DNA of 64,000 nt. It comes from Actinomycetes bacterium. Lineage in GTDB: Bacteria > Actinomycetota > Acidimicrobiia > Acidimicrobiales > JAKAVM01. The position numbers and the translations under genes are program-made. Location: assembly GCA_021817065.1 (NCBI GenBank), contig JAKAWH010000001.1, positions 8,917-72,916 on the forward strand, written 5' to 3'. This document shows positions 9,175-17,647 of this stretch, piece after piece. Below the pieces are notes generated by a model. The model did not search any database. It was given only the letters and a program-made list of their open reading frames with translations, and had not been told where the DNA came from. Position 1 is the stretch's first letter, and each line of letters opens with the position of its first letter.

Positions 9175-9891
9175 ATGGGACGCTCGGGCACGGGTGTGCA
9201 GCCCAACGGGCAGTCTGCCGATCGGCGGACCCACGCAGAGGGAACCTTCCCCGTGGGCGCTACGACGGCACCGGATGCACTTCCCGCCCGGCGGCAGCGG
9301 GTGCCTACCAAGGGTGCGCAGACCCGGCAAGCCATCCTCCGGGCGGCCATTGCCCGGTTCGGGCGCGACGGCTATAGGGCCTCCTCGGTCGCCGATATAG
9401 CACGCGACGCCGGAGTGGGGGGCACGCTGGTGTACGCCTACTTTTCCAGCAAGGAGGCGCTCTTCCTGGCTGCTCTCGACGACGACGCCGCCGCGCTGAT
9501 CGGTGAGGGATTGTCTCATCTCGATGAGGTGGTCGACGTCTCGGAGTGGCGAATGAGCCTCTTTTTCACCCTGGTGGCGGCGGTCGAGCAGCATCCTCTC
9601 GCCAAGAGGGTGCTGGGAGGGCTGGAGCCGGGGGTCACCGACCGGGTTCATGAGATTCCCTCGCTGGCCGAGCTTCAGAAGGCTCTCGCCGATCGCCTCC
9701 GTTCCGATCAGATCGCCGGTACGGTGCGCGACGACATCGCTCCCGACCGGATTGCCACCGGGGTGGTGGCGATCGTCCTCTCCCTACTCATGTCGGTGGT
9801 CCAGTTGGGGCCGCAGGTGGCCGACGTCTACGGGGACGATGTCGAAGCCGTGTTCGCAGCGGCTGTCGATCGATTACCAGCACAGGGCTGA
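9175..9891 (+). CDS. TetR family transcriptional regulator
   Basis: N-terminal HTH TRQAILRAAIARFGRDGYRASSVADIARDAGVGGTLVYAYFSSKEALF. It is divergent from the hydrolase-monooxygenase operon. The exact start is uncertain. Confidence 0.85.
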   Translation: MGRSGTGVQPNGQSADRRTHAEGTFPVGATTAPDALPARRQRVPTKGAQTRQAILRAAIARFGRDGYRASSVADIARDAGVGGTLVYAYFSSKEALFLAALDDDAAALIGEGLSHLDEVVDVSEWRMSLFFTLVAAVEQHPLAKRVLGGLEPGVTDRVHEIPSLAELQKALADRLRSDQIAGTVRDDIAPDRIATGVVAIVLSLLMSVVQLGPQVADVYGDDVEAVFAAAVDRLPAQG

Positions 9892-10340
9892 TCATGAGCA
9901 GCGATCGTTTGTTGGCACAGGGCATGGTCAACGACTCTCATATATTTGTATGAGAGCAGAAGAATTTCTCTGATGCATTTGCAGGGGGACCGTGCTATTA
10001 TTCGGAGAGGCTCGGAACCCGGTGCCTGGTGAGGTGGAGAACGAGGAGGAATGGGGTGATGCAGAAATTCGATGACGACCCGTTGGATGAGGGAACTTCC
10101 GGGTCGATCGCGGTGCGTACCGCGGGTCGCGTATGGAGGTCCCGGTGGTGGCACCCGAGTATTCCGAGCTTGCGGATTGTCTATCTGGCTGCGGAGCAGG
10201 AATCCAGGGGAATCTGGGCAGGTGAGGCGGAGGCGGGTGGTGCGTCCCGGTGGGAGCCGGTCTGGGGGCCGGTCGGGCGCACCCACCGGCCGACCCTTAC
10301 GGTGAGCTAGCGGGCGCGTTCCACCCCTCCAACGCACCCG

Positions 10341-12650
10341 CTATGCCCGCCGCACGCGGGCTGACGATACAGCGGCGATCAACTCTGCCTCGGTGAACGG
10401 CTTGCCGATCAGGGTGTAGTCGCCAGAACCGCTCGGCAGTTCGTCTAGGAGCTGTCGCGTGTAGCCGGACATGAAGACGATCCGAGATTCCGGATGGTCG
10501 GCACCGATCTGCCGTGCCACTTCGACACCAGAGATGCCCGGCATAACCATGTCGGTCAGGAGAACGTCGATCGGCTCGCGAAAAGTACGCGCCAGGGCGA
10601 TCGCTTCACGGGGATCAGGGGTGGCGATCACCGTGTATCCATGGTCCACCAAAGTACGCCGGACGACTTCCAGTAATGCGGGCTCGTCTTCGACGACGAG
10701 CGTGGTAGGACCCGCGCCACCAACGTTGCCCGTATCGCCGGGAGGCACCGCTATTGCCGACGCGGGAGTCGCTGGTCCGTCTGCTGCCGGCACGGAGGTA
10801 GATGAATCGGGAGACGATGAGCTAGTGGCGAACCCGTCAGGCAAGGCGTGTACCGGACTGTCTCGGCTTTCCGCCAGGGGGAGCAGTACCGACACGGTTG
10901 TCCCCTCTCCCGGCTCCGAATCGATCCAGACCCTGCCTCCGGCGTTGGTGACGATCCCGTACACGGTGGACAGCCCGAGCCCGGTGCCTTGGCCGATTGG
11001 CTTGGTGGAGAAGAACGGATCGAAGGCGCGCTCGATCACCTCGCGGCTCATCCCGAATCCTCCGTCGGCGACCGTTAACAACGCGTACTTGCCGGTGGGC
11101 TTGTCCGAGGTCACATCGTCGGCAGCGAATGGTCTGGTGCTGATGGTGAGCTCGCCGCCATCGGGCATTGCATCACGCGCGTTCACCACCAGGTTGACCA
11201 GGACCTGCTCGATCTGTCCCGGATCGGCGCGTATATCGAGCGGCATCGCGCTGGGAACAACCACGAAGGCGATGTGCTCGCCCAAGGTCCGTCGCAGTAG
11301 CTCGATGATGCCGTGGACGATGCTGTTCAGCTCGACCACTACCGGTGTGGCCGCTTCCTGGCGGGCGAACGCGAGGAGCCGGTGGGTGAGGCGAGCTGCC
11401 TTCTCCGCGGCAATGACGATCTGGTCGACGTCGCCAGAAAGCGATACCTGTGTTTCCCTGCGCACCGCCTCCGATTCATCGGGATCGATCGTGGCAAGCA
11501 GTTTCTTGCGGACGTAGGTGGCGTAGTTGATGATAACCGCGAGGAGGTTGTTGAAATCGTGAGCAATTCCCCCGCTCAGTTGGCCGAGGCTTTCCAGCCG
11601 GAGCGACTGGTTCAATTGGGCTTGGAGACGGTCGTGCTCCCGTTGAGTCTGCTCGCGCTCGCGTGCGGACTGCTCTCCCATCTTGCCGATCAACTCGATG
11701 TGCTGCTCGAGTGCGTCGTTGTCGTTGAGGATCTGCCGATCGGCGCGCAGCCGGGTGTTGGTGGCGGCAGCGAGGACGAATACCATAACAGCGAAGGATC
11801 CCCGGTAGGTTTGGAGATCCAGCAGGCGCGAGCTCAGCGGGTCCAACCGGAACGGCCCGTGTCCGTGGGTGGTGCCGAGCTCGGCGATCACCGATATCAC
11901 CGCGTTGGCGGCGCACGCCCCGGTGGTGCGGTACCGGATGGCGATCAGGATCCCGATGGCGAAGAGGATGTATGTGACCCGAATGCCGTTGAAGAATGCG
12001 AACCAGCTCATTCCGGCGAATCCGGCAACCACCAGGAAGAACTCCCAGGAAAGGGGACCGACTGCGTCCGAGTCGACGAGTAGCTCTCGACCGACCAGCA
12101 AGATCGGTGTAGCGATCAGGATTCCCGTGCCGTCCCCCAGCCAGTAGGTCGACCAGATCAGGGCGAGCGAATGATGGCGGGTGACACCTCCGAGCCATTC
12201 GCTCAGGAGCCCGATGCTGGCGGCGATCAGGGGGCTTGCCAGTGCGGCCAGGCCGATCAACCCGACCGCGTCCCGGATGCGGCTGAGGGCGGGGTCGAAG
12301 CGGAAGTGCCGGAGGAGAGCACTGGCGACGATGTACTCGGCAGAATTGCCCGCAGCGAGGCCGGCGGCGACCGGGATCGGAAGGTGGACTGCGGTCAAGT
12401 TGAAGATGAGCGAGGCAACCACCGTTCCCGGAAGCACCTCCCAACCCCAGGCGAAGAGCGCGGCGACCGCCAGACCCGATGGTGGCCACTCTGGGGTGAT
12501 CCCGGTGTGAGGAACCGCCAGGTGGGCAGTGGAACGGGCGAGCAGGTAGTAGCCGGCGAGAGTGACTGCGTTCCGGGTCAGGGTGCGACGACCGGCGTAC
12601 GAAAGCAGCGGGAACCCCCGGTGGCGCGGAGGGTCACCGCCAGACGTCAA
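10341..12650 (-). CDS. hybrid sensor histidine kinase (MASE1-like membrane domain, HisKA, HATPase_c, C-terminal receiver)
   Basis: Multi-TM N-terminus (PEWPPSGLAVAALFAWGWEVLPG). H-box LSGGIAHDFNNLLAVI. ATPase boxes VNLVVNARDAMP, DGGFGMS, GTGLGLSTVYGIV. Receiver TLVVEDEPALLEVV...DVLLTDMVMPGISG. The TTG start lies inside a 41-bp tandem duplication. Confidence 0.85.
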   Translation of the reverse strand: MTSGGDPPRHRGFPLLSYAGRRTLTRNAVTLAGYYLLARSTAHLAVPHTGITPEWPPSGLAVAALFAWGWEVLPGTVVASLIFNLTAVHLPIPVAAGLAAGNSAEYIVASALLRHFRFDPALSRIRDAVGLIGLAALASPLIAASIGLLSEWLGGVTRHHSLALIWSTYWLGDGTGILIATPILLVGRELLVDSDAVGPLSWEFFLVVAGFAGMSWFAFFNGIRVTYILFAIGILIAIRYRTTGACAANAVISVIAELGTTHGHGPFRLDPLSSRLLDLQTYRGSFAVMVFVLAAATNTRLRADRQILNDNDALEQHIELIGKMGEQSAREREQTQREHDRLQAQLNQSLRLESLGQLSGGIAHDFNNLLAVIINYATYVRKKLLATIDPDESEAVRRETQVSLSGDVDQIVIAAEKAARLTHRLLAFARQEAATPVVVELNSIVHGIIELLRRTLGEHIAFVVVPSAMPLDIRADPGQIEQVLVNLVVNARDAMPDGGELTISTRPFAADDVTSDKPTGKYALLTVADGGFGMSREVIERAFDPFFSTKPIGQGTGLGLSTVYGIVTNAGGRVWIDSEPGEGTTVSVLLPLAESRDSPVHALPDGFATSSSSPDSSTSVPAADGPATPASAIAVPPGDTGNVGGAGPTTLVVEDEPALLEVVRRTLVDHGYTVIATPDPREAIALARTFREPIDVLLTDMVMPGISGVEVARQIGADHPESRIVFMSGYTRQLLDELPSGSGDYTLIGKPFTEAELIAAVSSARVRRA

Positions 12651-12723
12651 CGAGACCTTCCCGGGCGGCGATCGTCACCGCCAGACGTCAACGAGACCTT
12701 CCCGGGCGGCGATCGTCACCGCC
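12633..12723. repeat. 41-bp tandem duplication (2.2 copies) spanning the regulator stop and the kinase start
   Basis: The unit gtcaccgccagacgtcaacgagaccttcccgggcggcgatc occurs at 12633-12673 and 12674-12714. A 9-nt partial third copy follows. Confidence 0.95.
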
Positions 12724-13364
12724 TCCAGCTTCGAGTGGGCTCGCAGCTTGCCGATCACGTTCTGGACGTGGGTGCGGACCGTGTGCACCGAGAGGTCCAA
12801 CTCTTTGGCGATCCCCTGTGTGGTCATGCCGCGAGCGAGGAAGCCGAGAACCTCCTTTTCCCGATTGGTGAGCGATTCCCCCGCCCCGGAAGCCGGCACC
12901 GGTCGGGTGGAGCGCGCGGGGAGGAGACTTTTCAGGAGGCCGGGGGGAATGTGGATCTCCCCTTGCGCCAGCTCCCGTACCGCCTGCACGAGGTCGGAAG
13001 CAGCCTGATCCTTGGTGAGGAAGCCGGAGCATCCGGCGTCGATGGCGCTGGCCAATACCCTGGAATCCCCGAACCCGGTTAGTACCAGCACCCGAGAGCG
13101 GGGGGCTGCTGCGAGGATCGCCGAAATGGCCGATGCCCCTTCAGAATCCGGGAGCATGTAATCGAGAATCACCACATCGGGATTGGTACGGCGAACCAGT
13201 TCCAGCCCTTCGGCGACCGTGGAGGATATTCCCTCCAGAACGATGCCCTTTTCGGTTTCGAGAAGGCGGGCCAGGCTCTCGGCGAACATGGCGTGGTCGT
13301 CCACCACGACCACGGCGATCGCTCCGTCCGTCCCGATCTTGGCGCTCCCTCGGGTTACCACCAC
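12675..13364 (-). CDS. NarL/LuxR family response regulator
   Basis: Receiver AVVVVDDHAMFAESL...DVVILDYMLPDSEG and LuxR HTH LTNREKEVLGFLARGMTTQGIAKELDLSVHTVRTHVQNVIGKL. GTG start preceded by GGAAGGAG. Confidence 0.9.
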   Translation of the reverse strand: MVVTRGSAKIGTDGAIAVVVVDDHAMFAESLARLLETEKGIVLEGISSTVAEGLELVRRTNPDVVILDYMLPDSEGASAISAILAAAPRSRVLVLTGFGDSRVLASAIDAGCSGFLTKDQAASDLVQAVRELAQGEIHIPPGLLKSLLPARSTRPVPASGAGESLTNREKEVLGFLARGMTTQGIAKELDLSVHTVRTHVQNVIGKLRAHSKLEAVTIAAREGLVDVWR

Positions 13365-13550
13365 TCACTCCTTCCGTGCGTGGCGCTGAGATTACAATCG
13401 AGGTCCACGGGGCGCCCTTCCCCCCCCAGGTGTCGTTCGAGAGTGTAGCCTCTCTCATGCAAATGTACTAGCTCTGCCGGGGGTTTCGTGCCCGGAACAT
13501 CGAGCGAGCCCCTCCCCGACCAGGTCGCTCGCACCCCGGCTCGCCTGGAT

Positions 13551-13574
13551 TGGCCGCGTGGCCGCGTGGCCGCG
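13551..13574. repeat. 8-bp microsatellite (tggccgcg) x3
   Basis: Direct reading. It lies between the PRTase-hydrolase stop (13585) and the regulator promoter region. Confidence 0.9.
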
Positions 13575-13584
13575 TTCCGACCGG

Positions 13585-14898
13585 TCAGCCGTGATCCAGG
13601 TACCAGCTCCCCAGGTGGTCGAGGAACCAATCGCGAGCCAGCCGGGCAGCGGCCCGTAGCGTTCCCGGTTCTTCGAAAAGGTGGGTTGCTCCGGGGATCA
13701 CCTCCAGCCGGTACTCGCATCGCAGCTCGGCACACGCGTGGCGATTCAACCCGAGTACTGATATGTCGTCTCCCCCCACGATGAACAAGGTAGGCGCCCT
13801 TACCGCTCCTAGGCGCTTCCCAGCTAGATCGGGGCGCCCGCCCCGGGATACCACTGCCACGATCTCGGCGTCCAGATCTGCCGCAGCCCACAAGGCTGCC
13901 GCGGCCCCTGTGGATGCTCCGAAATAGCCTATGGGGAGGGCACCGAGGTGCTCCTCGCTCCGGACCCACTCGGTGGCTACGGCCAGACGTGAGGCGAGAA
14001 GGGGTATATCAAAGACGCTCGACCGGTCGTCTTCCTCGTCGCCGGTAAGTAGGTCGAAGAGGAGTGTGGCAAGGCCGGCCTGATTGAGGATCGCCGCCAC
14101 GTACCGGTTCCGGGGACTGTGACGGCTGGAGCCACTGCCGTGGGCAAAGATCACCACTCCGGTCGCCCGGCTGGGCACGCTCAGGTGTCCCCCGACCGAC
14201 ACTCCCCCAACCGCGATGTACACCTCTGCCTCGTGCGCCGGAGGGTTGCCAGCCGTGTCGGCCGAACCGTCCAGCAGGCGGGCGACTTCGCCGTCGTCCA
14301 CCTGGGTGAAGTCGTCGTAGAAAGGCCCGATACTGAAAAAGGGCTGCGGGGTGGCCACGCACACGCACTCGTCCGCCGCTCCCGCAAGGCGTGCCTGCCA
14401 GCCCTCCGGGGCCACCGGAACGGCGACGACGATCCGCCGGGCCCCTTCTTTGCGCGCCACTTCGCAGGCTGCTCGGACGGTCGAACCGGTGGCGATGCCG
14501 TCGTCCACGATAACCACGACCCGACCGGCGAGGGGGACCCGGACCCGGCCGCGCCGGAATCGGATGGCACGGTCGGCTACCTCGGCAGCCTCTCGTTTCT
14601 CGGCCTGGGCGAATTCGGCGGAGTCGATTCCCGCCAGGCGGACCACGTCGTCGTTGACCGTTCGCACCCCGTCCTCGCCCACCGCGCCCATACCCAACTC
14701 GGGTTGTGACGGCACGCCCAACTTGCGCACCACGATCACATCGAGGGGAGCGTTCAAGCGCCGAGCCACTTCGTATGCGACCGGTACCCCCCCTCGCGGC
14801 AGGCCCACGACAACCGGATCGTCTCCAGAGAGATGGTCGAGCTTCCCGGCGAGCCGCCGGCCGGCGTCGGTACGGTCGATGAACACCGCGCGATTCAA
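13585..14898 (-). CDS. phosphoribosyltransferase-domain / dienelactone-hydrolase-type alpha/beta hydrolase fusion protein
   Basis: N-terminus FIDRTDAGRRLAGKL...VVVGLPRGGVPVAYEVARRL...VVIVDDGIATGST is a PRTase fold. The C-terminus GVVIFAHGSGSSRHSPRN...GYFGASTGAAAAL...GATHLFEEPG is hydrolase-like. TTG start. Confidence 0.75.
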   Translation of the reverse strand: MNRAVFIDRTDAGRRLAGKLDHLSGDDPVVVGLPRGGVPVAYEVARRLNAPLDVIVVRKLGVPSQPELGMGAVGEDGVRTVNDDVVRLAGIDSAEFAQAEKREAAEVADRAIRFRRGRVRVPLAGRVVVIVDDGIATGSTVRAACEVARKEGARRIVVAVPVAPEGWQARLAGAADECVCVATPQPFFSIGPFYDDFTQVDDGEVARLLDGSADTAGNPPAHEAEVYIAVGGVSVGGHLSVPSRATGVVIFAHGSGSSRHSPRNRYVAAILNQAGLATLLFDLLTGDEEDDRSSVFDIPLLASRLAVATEWVRSEEHLGALPIGYFGASTGAAAALWAAADLDAEIVAVVSRGGRPDLAGKRLGAVRAPTLFIVGGDDISVLGLNRHACAELRCEYRLEVIPGATHLFEEPGTLRAAARLARDWFLDHLGSWYLDHG

Positions 14899-14910
14899 CT
14901 CGATCCAGGC

Positions 14911-14935
14911 AAGAAAGAAAAGGGCCGTTCGGCCC
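14911..14935 (-). terminator. terminator-like hairpin plus T-tract immediately upstream of the PRTase-fusion start
   Basis: The minus strand reads GGGCC-GAAC-GGCCC followed by TTTTCTTTCTT. The stem is short, and no upstream minus-strand gene is evident. Confidence 0.3.
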
Positions 14936-15441
14936 GGGCATAGATTCGCTCGACAGAGTGTTTTAATAAATGAACACGGAGGTGGCCAGGGAATGTGATC
15001 GGAGAATTGGCCTCCTCGCCCGGAGAACGGGGCGCGGAAGATTGCCCGGCACCCGGAACTGTCGGGCTGGCCTCAGGTTTGAAGCGGCAAGCGGCTTGAC
15101 GGAGAAGCGTTGCAGCGGCAAGGGGCCCGAGGGCTCGCTGTGGCCACTCTTTTCGACGGCTCGTTCTCCGGGTCACACGAAGAAGTGAAGCGCCCGATCC
15201 CTCGGAAACGGTGGGACGGGCGCTTTCGCGCGTCGAAGGCGGTACTCAGCCGCCAGTGATCTCGAATCCCGATCCGTTGGTAGCCGGCTCCAACGAGCTA
15301 GGGGGAGCGGCGGCCGGGTCCCGACCGGGGAGGTGAACCCGGGGGGTGGCGGGGGGACAGCCTTCCCGTCTCGCAGCGCGTGTCGCAGCACACCCGGGCT
15401 CGGCTCGGCTCGCCCCCCGGCAAACGTGCAAGCATCGTGCA

Positions 15442-16809
15442 GTGAGCGCACTGCTTCCCGAACGTCTTCTTTCGGCCTTCGAGCAGATCGTCGGGCGTGA
15501 CCACGTGATCTTCGATCCCGATCGGCTGGTTTCCTACGACACCGATTGGACCGGGCGATATCGGGGGCACACACCAGCGGTGGTACGCCCCGCGTCGAAT
15601 GCCGAGGTAGCTGCTGTCGTTGCCCTGTGCTCCGGGGAGGGGATCGCCCTGTGTCTCCGGGGAGGAAACACTGGACTAGTGGGAGGGAGCGTGCCCCTGG
15701 CGGGGGAGTGCGTCCTTCACCTGGGTCGCCTCCGCCGCCTCGAGATCGACGCGGATGCTGGTAGGGCATGTGCGGAGGCCGGAGTGAGCCTAGGCGACCT
15801 GCAGGATGCTGCCCGGAGAGCGGGGTGGGAGTATGCAGTCGACTTTTCCAGCCGGGACAGCGCGACGTTGGGCGGGAGCATCGCCACCAATGCGGGTGGG
15901 TTCCGGGCCTTGCGCCACGGCACCACCCGTGCCCAGATTCTCGGGGTCGAGGCGGTCTTTGGTGACGGGCGGGTGGTGTCCCACCTCGCCGGATTGCCCA
16001 AGGAGGTGACCGGTTATGACGTGGCCGCCTTGCTGTGCGGGAGCGAGGGCACGTTGGGGGTAGTGACCGCCGCTTCCCTGCGTCTGGTGCCGCCGTCGTC
16101 CGAGAAGGTGGCGGCGCTACTCGGGTTCTCGTCTACTGACGTCGCCTTTTCCGCCGCCGGTGCACTGCGCCGATGCCTTCCGCATCTGGAAGCGATGGAG
16201 ATCTTTTTCGGAAAAGAGATGTCGCTGGTGAGTACCCGGTTCGAGTTGCCTCAGCCATTGGCGCATTCTTACTCGGCCTACCTTCTGATCGAAGTGGCCG
16301 ACACGACCGATCCGGCGCCGCGGGTGTCGGAGGCGATCGACGGGCTCGCAGGAGTGGGCGAGGTGGCGGTGGCCGTCGGCGCCGAAAGAAGGTCGGCGCT
16401 GTGGCGCTACCGCGAGACGATCCCCGAGGCGATCGCATCGGTGGGGGTGCCCCACAAGCTGGACGTCTCGCTCCCCTCCCGGTCGATCCACTCGTTCGTG
16501 GAGGAGGTGCCGGAAGTGGTCAGAGCGATTGCCCCGGGAGCCGAAACCTGGATCTTCGGCCACGCGGGAGAGGGGAACCTCCACGTCAACGTGTGCCGCG
16601 TGGCAGGGGACGGCGAGACTGTAGACGAGGCGGTCCTCACACTGGTGACGGATATGGGTGGCAGCATCAGTGGCGAGCACGGCATCGGGGTGGCCAAGAA
16701 GCGCTGGTTGCACCTCAACCGGTCCGAGACCGAGATCGCCGTGTTCCGCTCCCTCAAACGCGCTCTCGATCCTGCCGGGGTGCTCAACCCGAACGTGCTC
16801 TTGCCGTAG
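15442..16809 (+). CDS. FAD-linked oxidase (GlcD / D-lactate dehydrogenase-like)
   Basis: FAD-binding PCMH-type region VVRPASNAEVAAVVALCSGEGIALCLRGGNTGLVGGSVP...GGSIATNAGG and C-terminal GGSISGEHGIGVAKK. The GTG at 15442 is preferred to the ORF-track start at 15346. Confidence 0.85.
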   Translation: MSALLPERLLSAFEQIVGRDHVIFDPDRLVSYDTDWTGRYRGHTPAVVRPASNAEVAAVVALCSGEGIALCLRGGNTGLVGGSVPLAGECVLHLGRLRRLEIDADAGRACAEAGVSLGDLQDAARRAGWEYAVDFSSRDSATLGGSIATNAGGFRALRHGTTRAQILGVEAVFGDGRVVSHLAGLPKEVTGYDVAALLCGSEGTLGVVTAASLRLVPPSSEKVAALLGFSSTDVAFSAAGALRRCLPHLEAMEIFFGKEMSLVSTRFELPQPLAHSYSAYLLIEVADTTDPAPRVSEAIDGLAGVGEVAVAVGAERRSALWRYRETIPEAIASVGVPHKLDVSLPSRSIHSFVEEVPEVVRAIAPGAETWIFGHAGEGNLHVNVCRVAGDGETVDEAVLTLVTDMGGSISGEHGIGVAKKRWLHLNRSETEIAVFRSLKRALDPAGVLNPNVLLP

Positions 16810-16840
16810 GGGCGCGTGGAGGCGCTCCCGGCGCGTGCTT

Positions 16841-17635
16841 CTAGGTGTCGACCAACCGTTCCCGGAGGAAAGCGAGTACCTGGTCGAGTGCATCTCGGGT
16901 CGGTTGTCCGACCTCGTCGATGAGGTCTTCGGTGAGAACCGAGTGCGCCAACGCGCGGTGGCCCCACGGGTTGCCCGGCGAGGAGTCGATCTCGACACCG
17001 ATGAAGCGGTCGCCCAGTTCGGAGCGGAGGCGTTCGAAACGCTCGGGTGGCACCAACCGGTCTCCCGTGAATCGCAGGCCGAGCACGCAGACTCCGCCTT
17101 CAGCGCGCTCCTTGACCCGGACGAGATCGGCATCGCAGAGGTGTACGTCCGACTTGGCTGCGCGTATGCCCGGCAGCGAGATTGGGAGCGAGGGCTGGCT
17201 GAGAACCGGTGCAATCATCTCGTCGTCGACCATCATGGCCAGCGCGAACCCGCCTGCCATACACATCCCGACCGCTCCGACCCCGGGCCCCCCGCAGCGC
17301 TCCTTCTCGTTCCGGGCGAGAGCGCGGAGCCACCGGGTGACCGGGGCGGTCGAGCGGGTGGAAAAGGCCCGGAACTCGCGGGAGATGCAGGTGGGTACCA
17401 GTGAGGTGATCGCATAGGGAATGGTCGGATCCCGTCCCGGTGTGCCGTAGAGGTCGGGCAGGACCGCAGTACACCCGATCCCGGTCACGCGACGGGCGAA
17501 TTCGGCGACCTTCGGTGTGATGCCGGGGATCTCGGTCATCACGATCACCGCAGGGCCCTCACCGATCCGGTACACGTCGCGGGTCTTGCTGTCGTGGGTA
17601 TAGACGTCGCGGGAGAAGTCGGTGAGGGGGTCCAC
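16841..17635 (-). CDS. dienelactone hydrolase family protein
   Basis: GPAVIVMTEIPGITPKVAEFARRVTGIGCTAVLPDLYG...VGAVGMCMAGGFALAM has a Cys nucleophile context typical of the DLH family. Confidence 0.75.
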   Translation of the reverse strand: MDPLTDFSRDVYTHDSKTRDVYRIGEGPAVIVMTEIPGITPKVAEFARRVTGIGCTAVLPDLYGTPGRDPTIPYAITSLVPTCISREFRAFSTRSTAPVTRWLRALARNEKERCGGPGVGAVGMCMAGGFALAMMVDDEMIAPVLSQPSLPISLPGIRAAKSDVHLCDADLVRVKERAEGGVCVLGLRFTGDRLVPPERFERLRSELGDRFIGVEIDSSPGNPWGHRALAHSVLTEDLIDEVGQPTRDALDQVLAFLRERLVDT

Positions 17636-17647
17636 CGGATTGTGTCT

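Noticed and set aside
10029-10310. A 93-aa ORF (or the overlapping 77-aa ORF at 10072-10305) as a protein-coding gene.
   Set aside because: The composition is Trp/Arg/Gly-rich with no motifs. Only the SD-like sequence before the ATG at 10059 supports it. It is mentioned as a low-confidence possibility in the findings but not called as a feature.
15180-15440. A possible riboswitch (cobalamin, ykkC/PRPP or similar) in the structured region upstream of the FAD oxidase and the PRTase fusion.
   Set aside because: I could not match the conserved cores by eye: neither the B12 box nor the GGGAAGGC...CCACTG order, nor the ykkC ACGR/GGGA motifs. It is kept only as an unexplained structured region.
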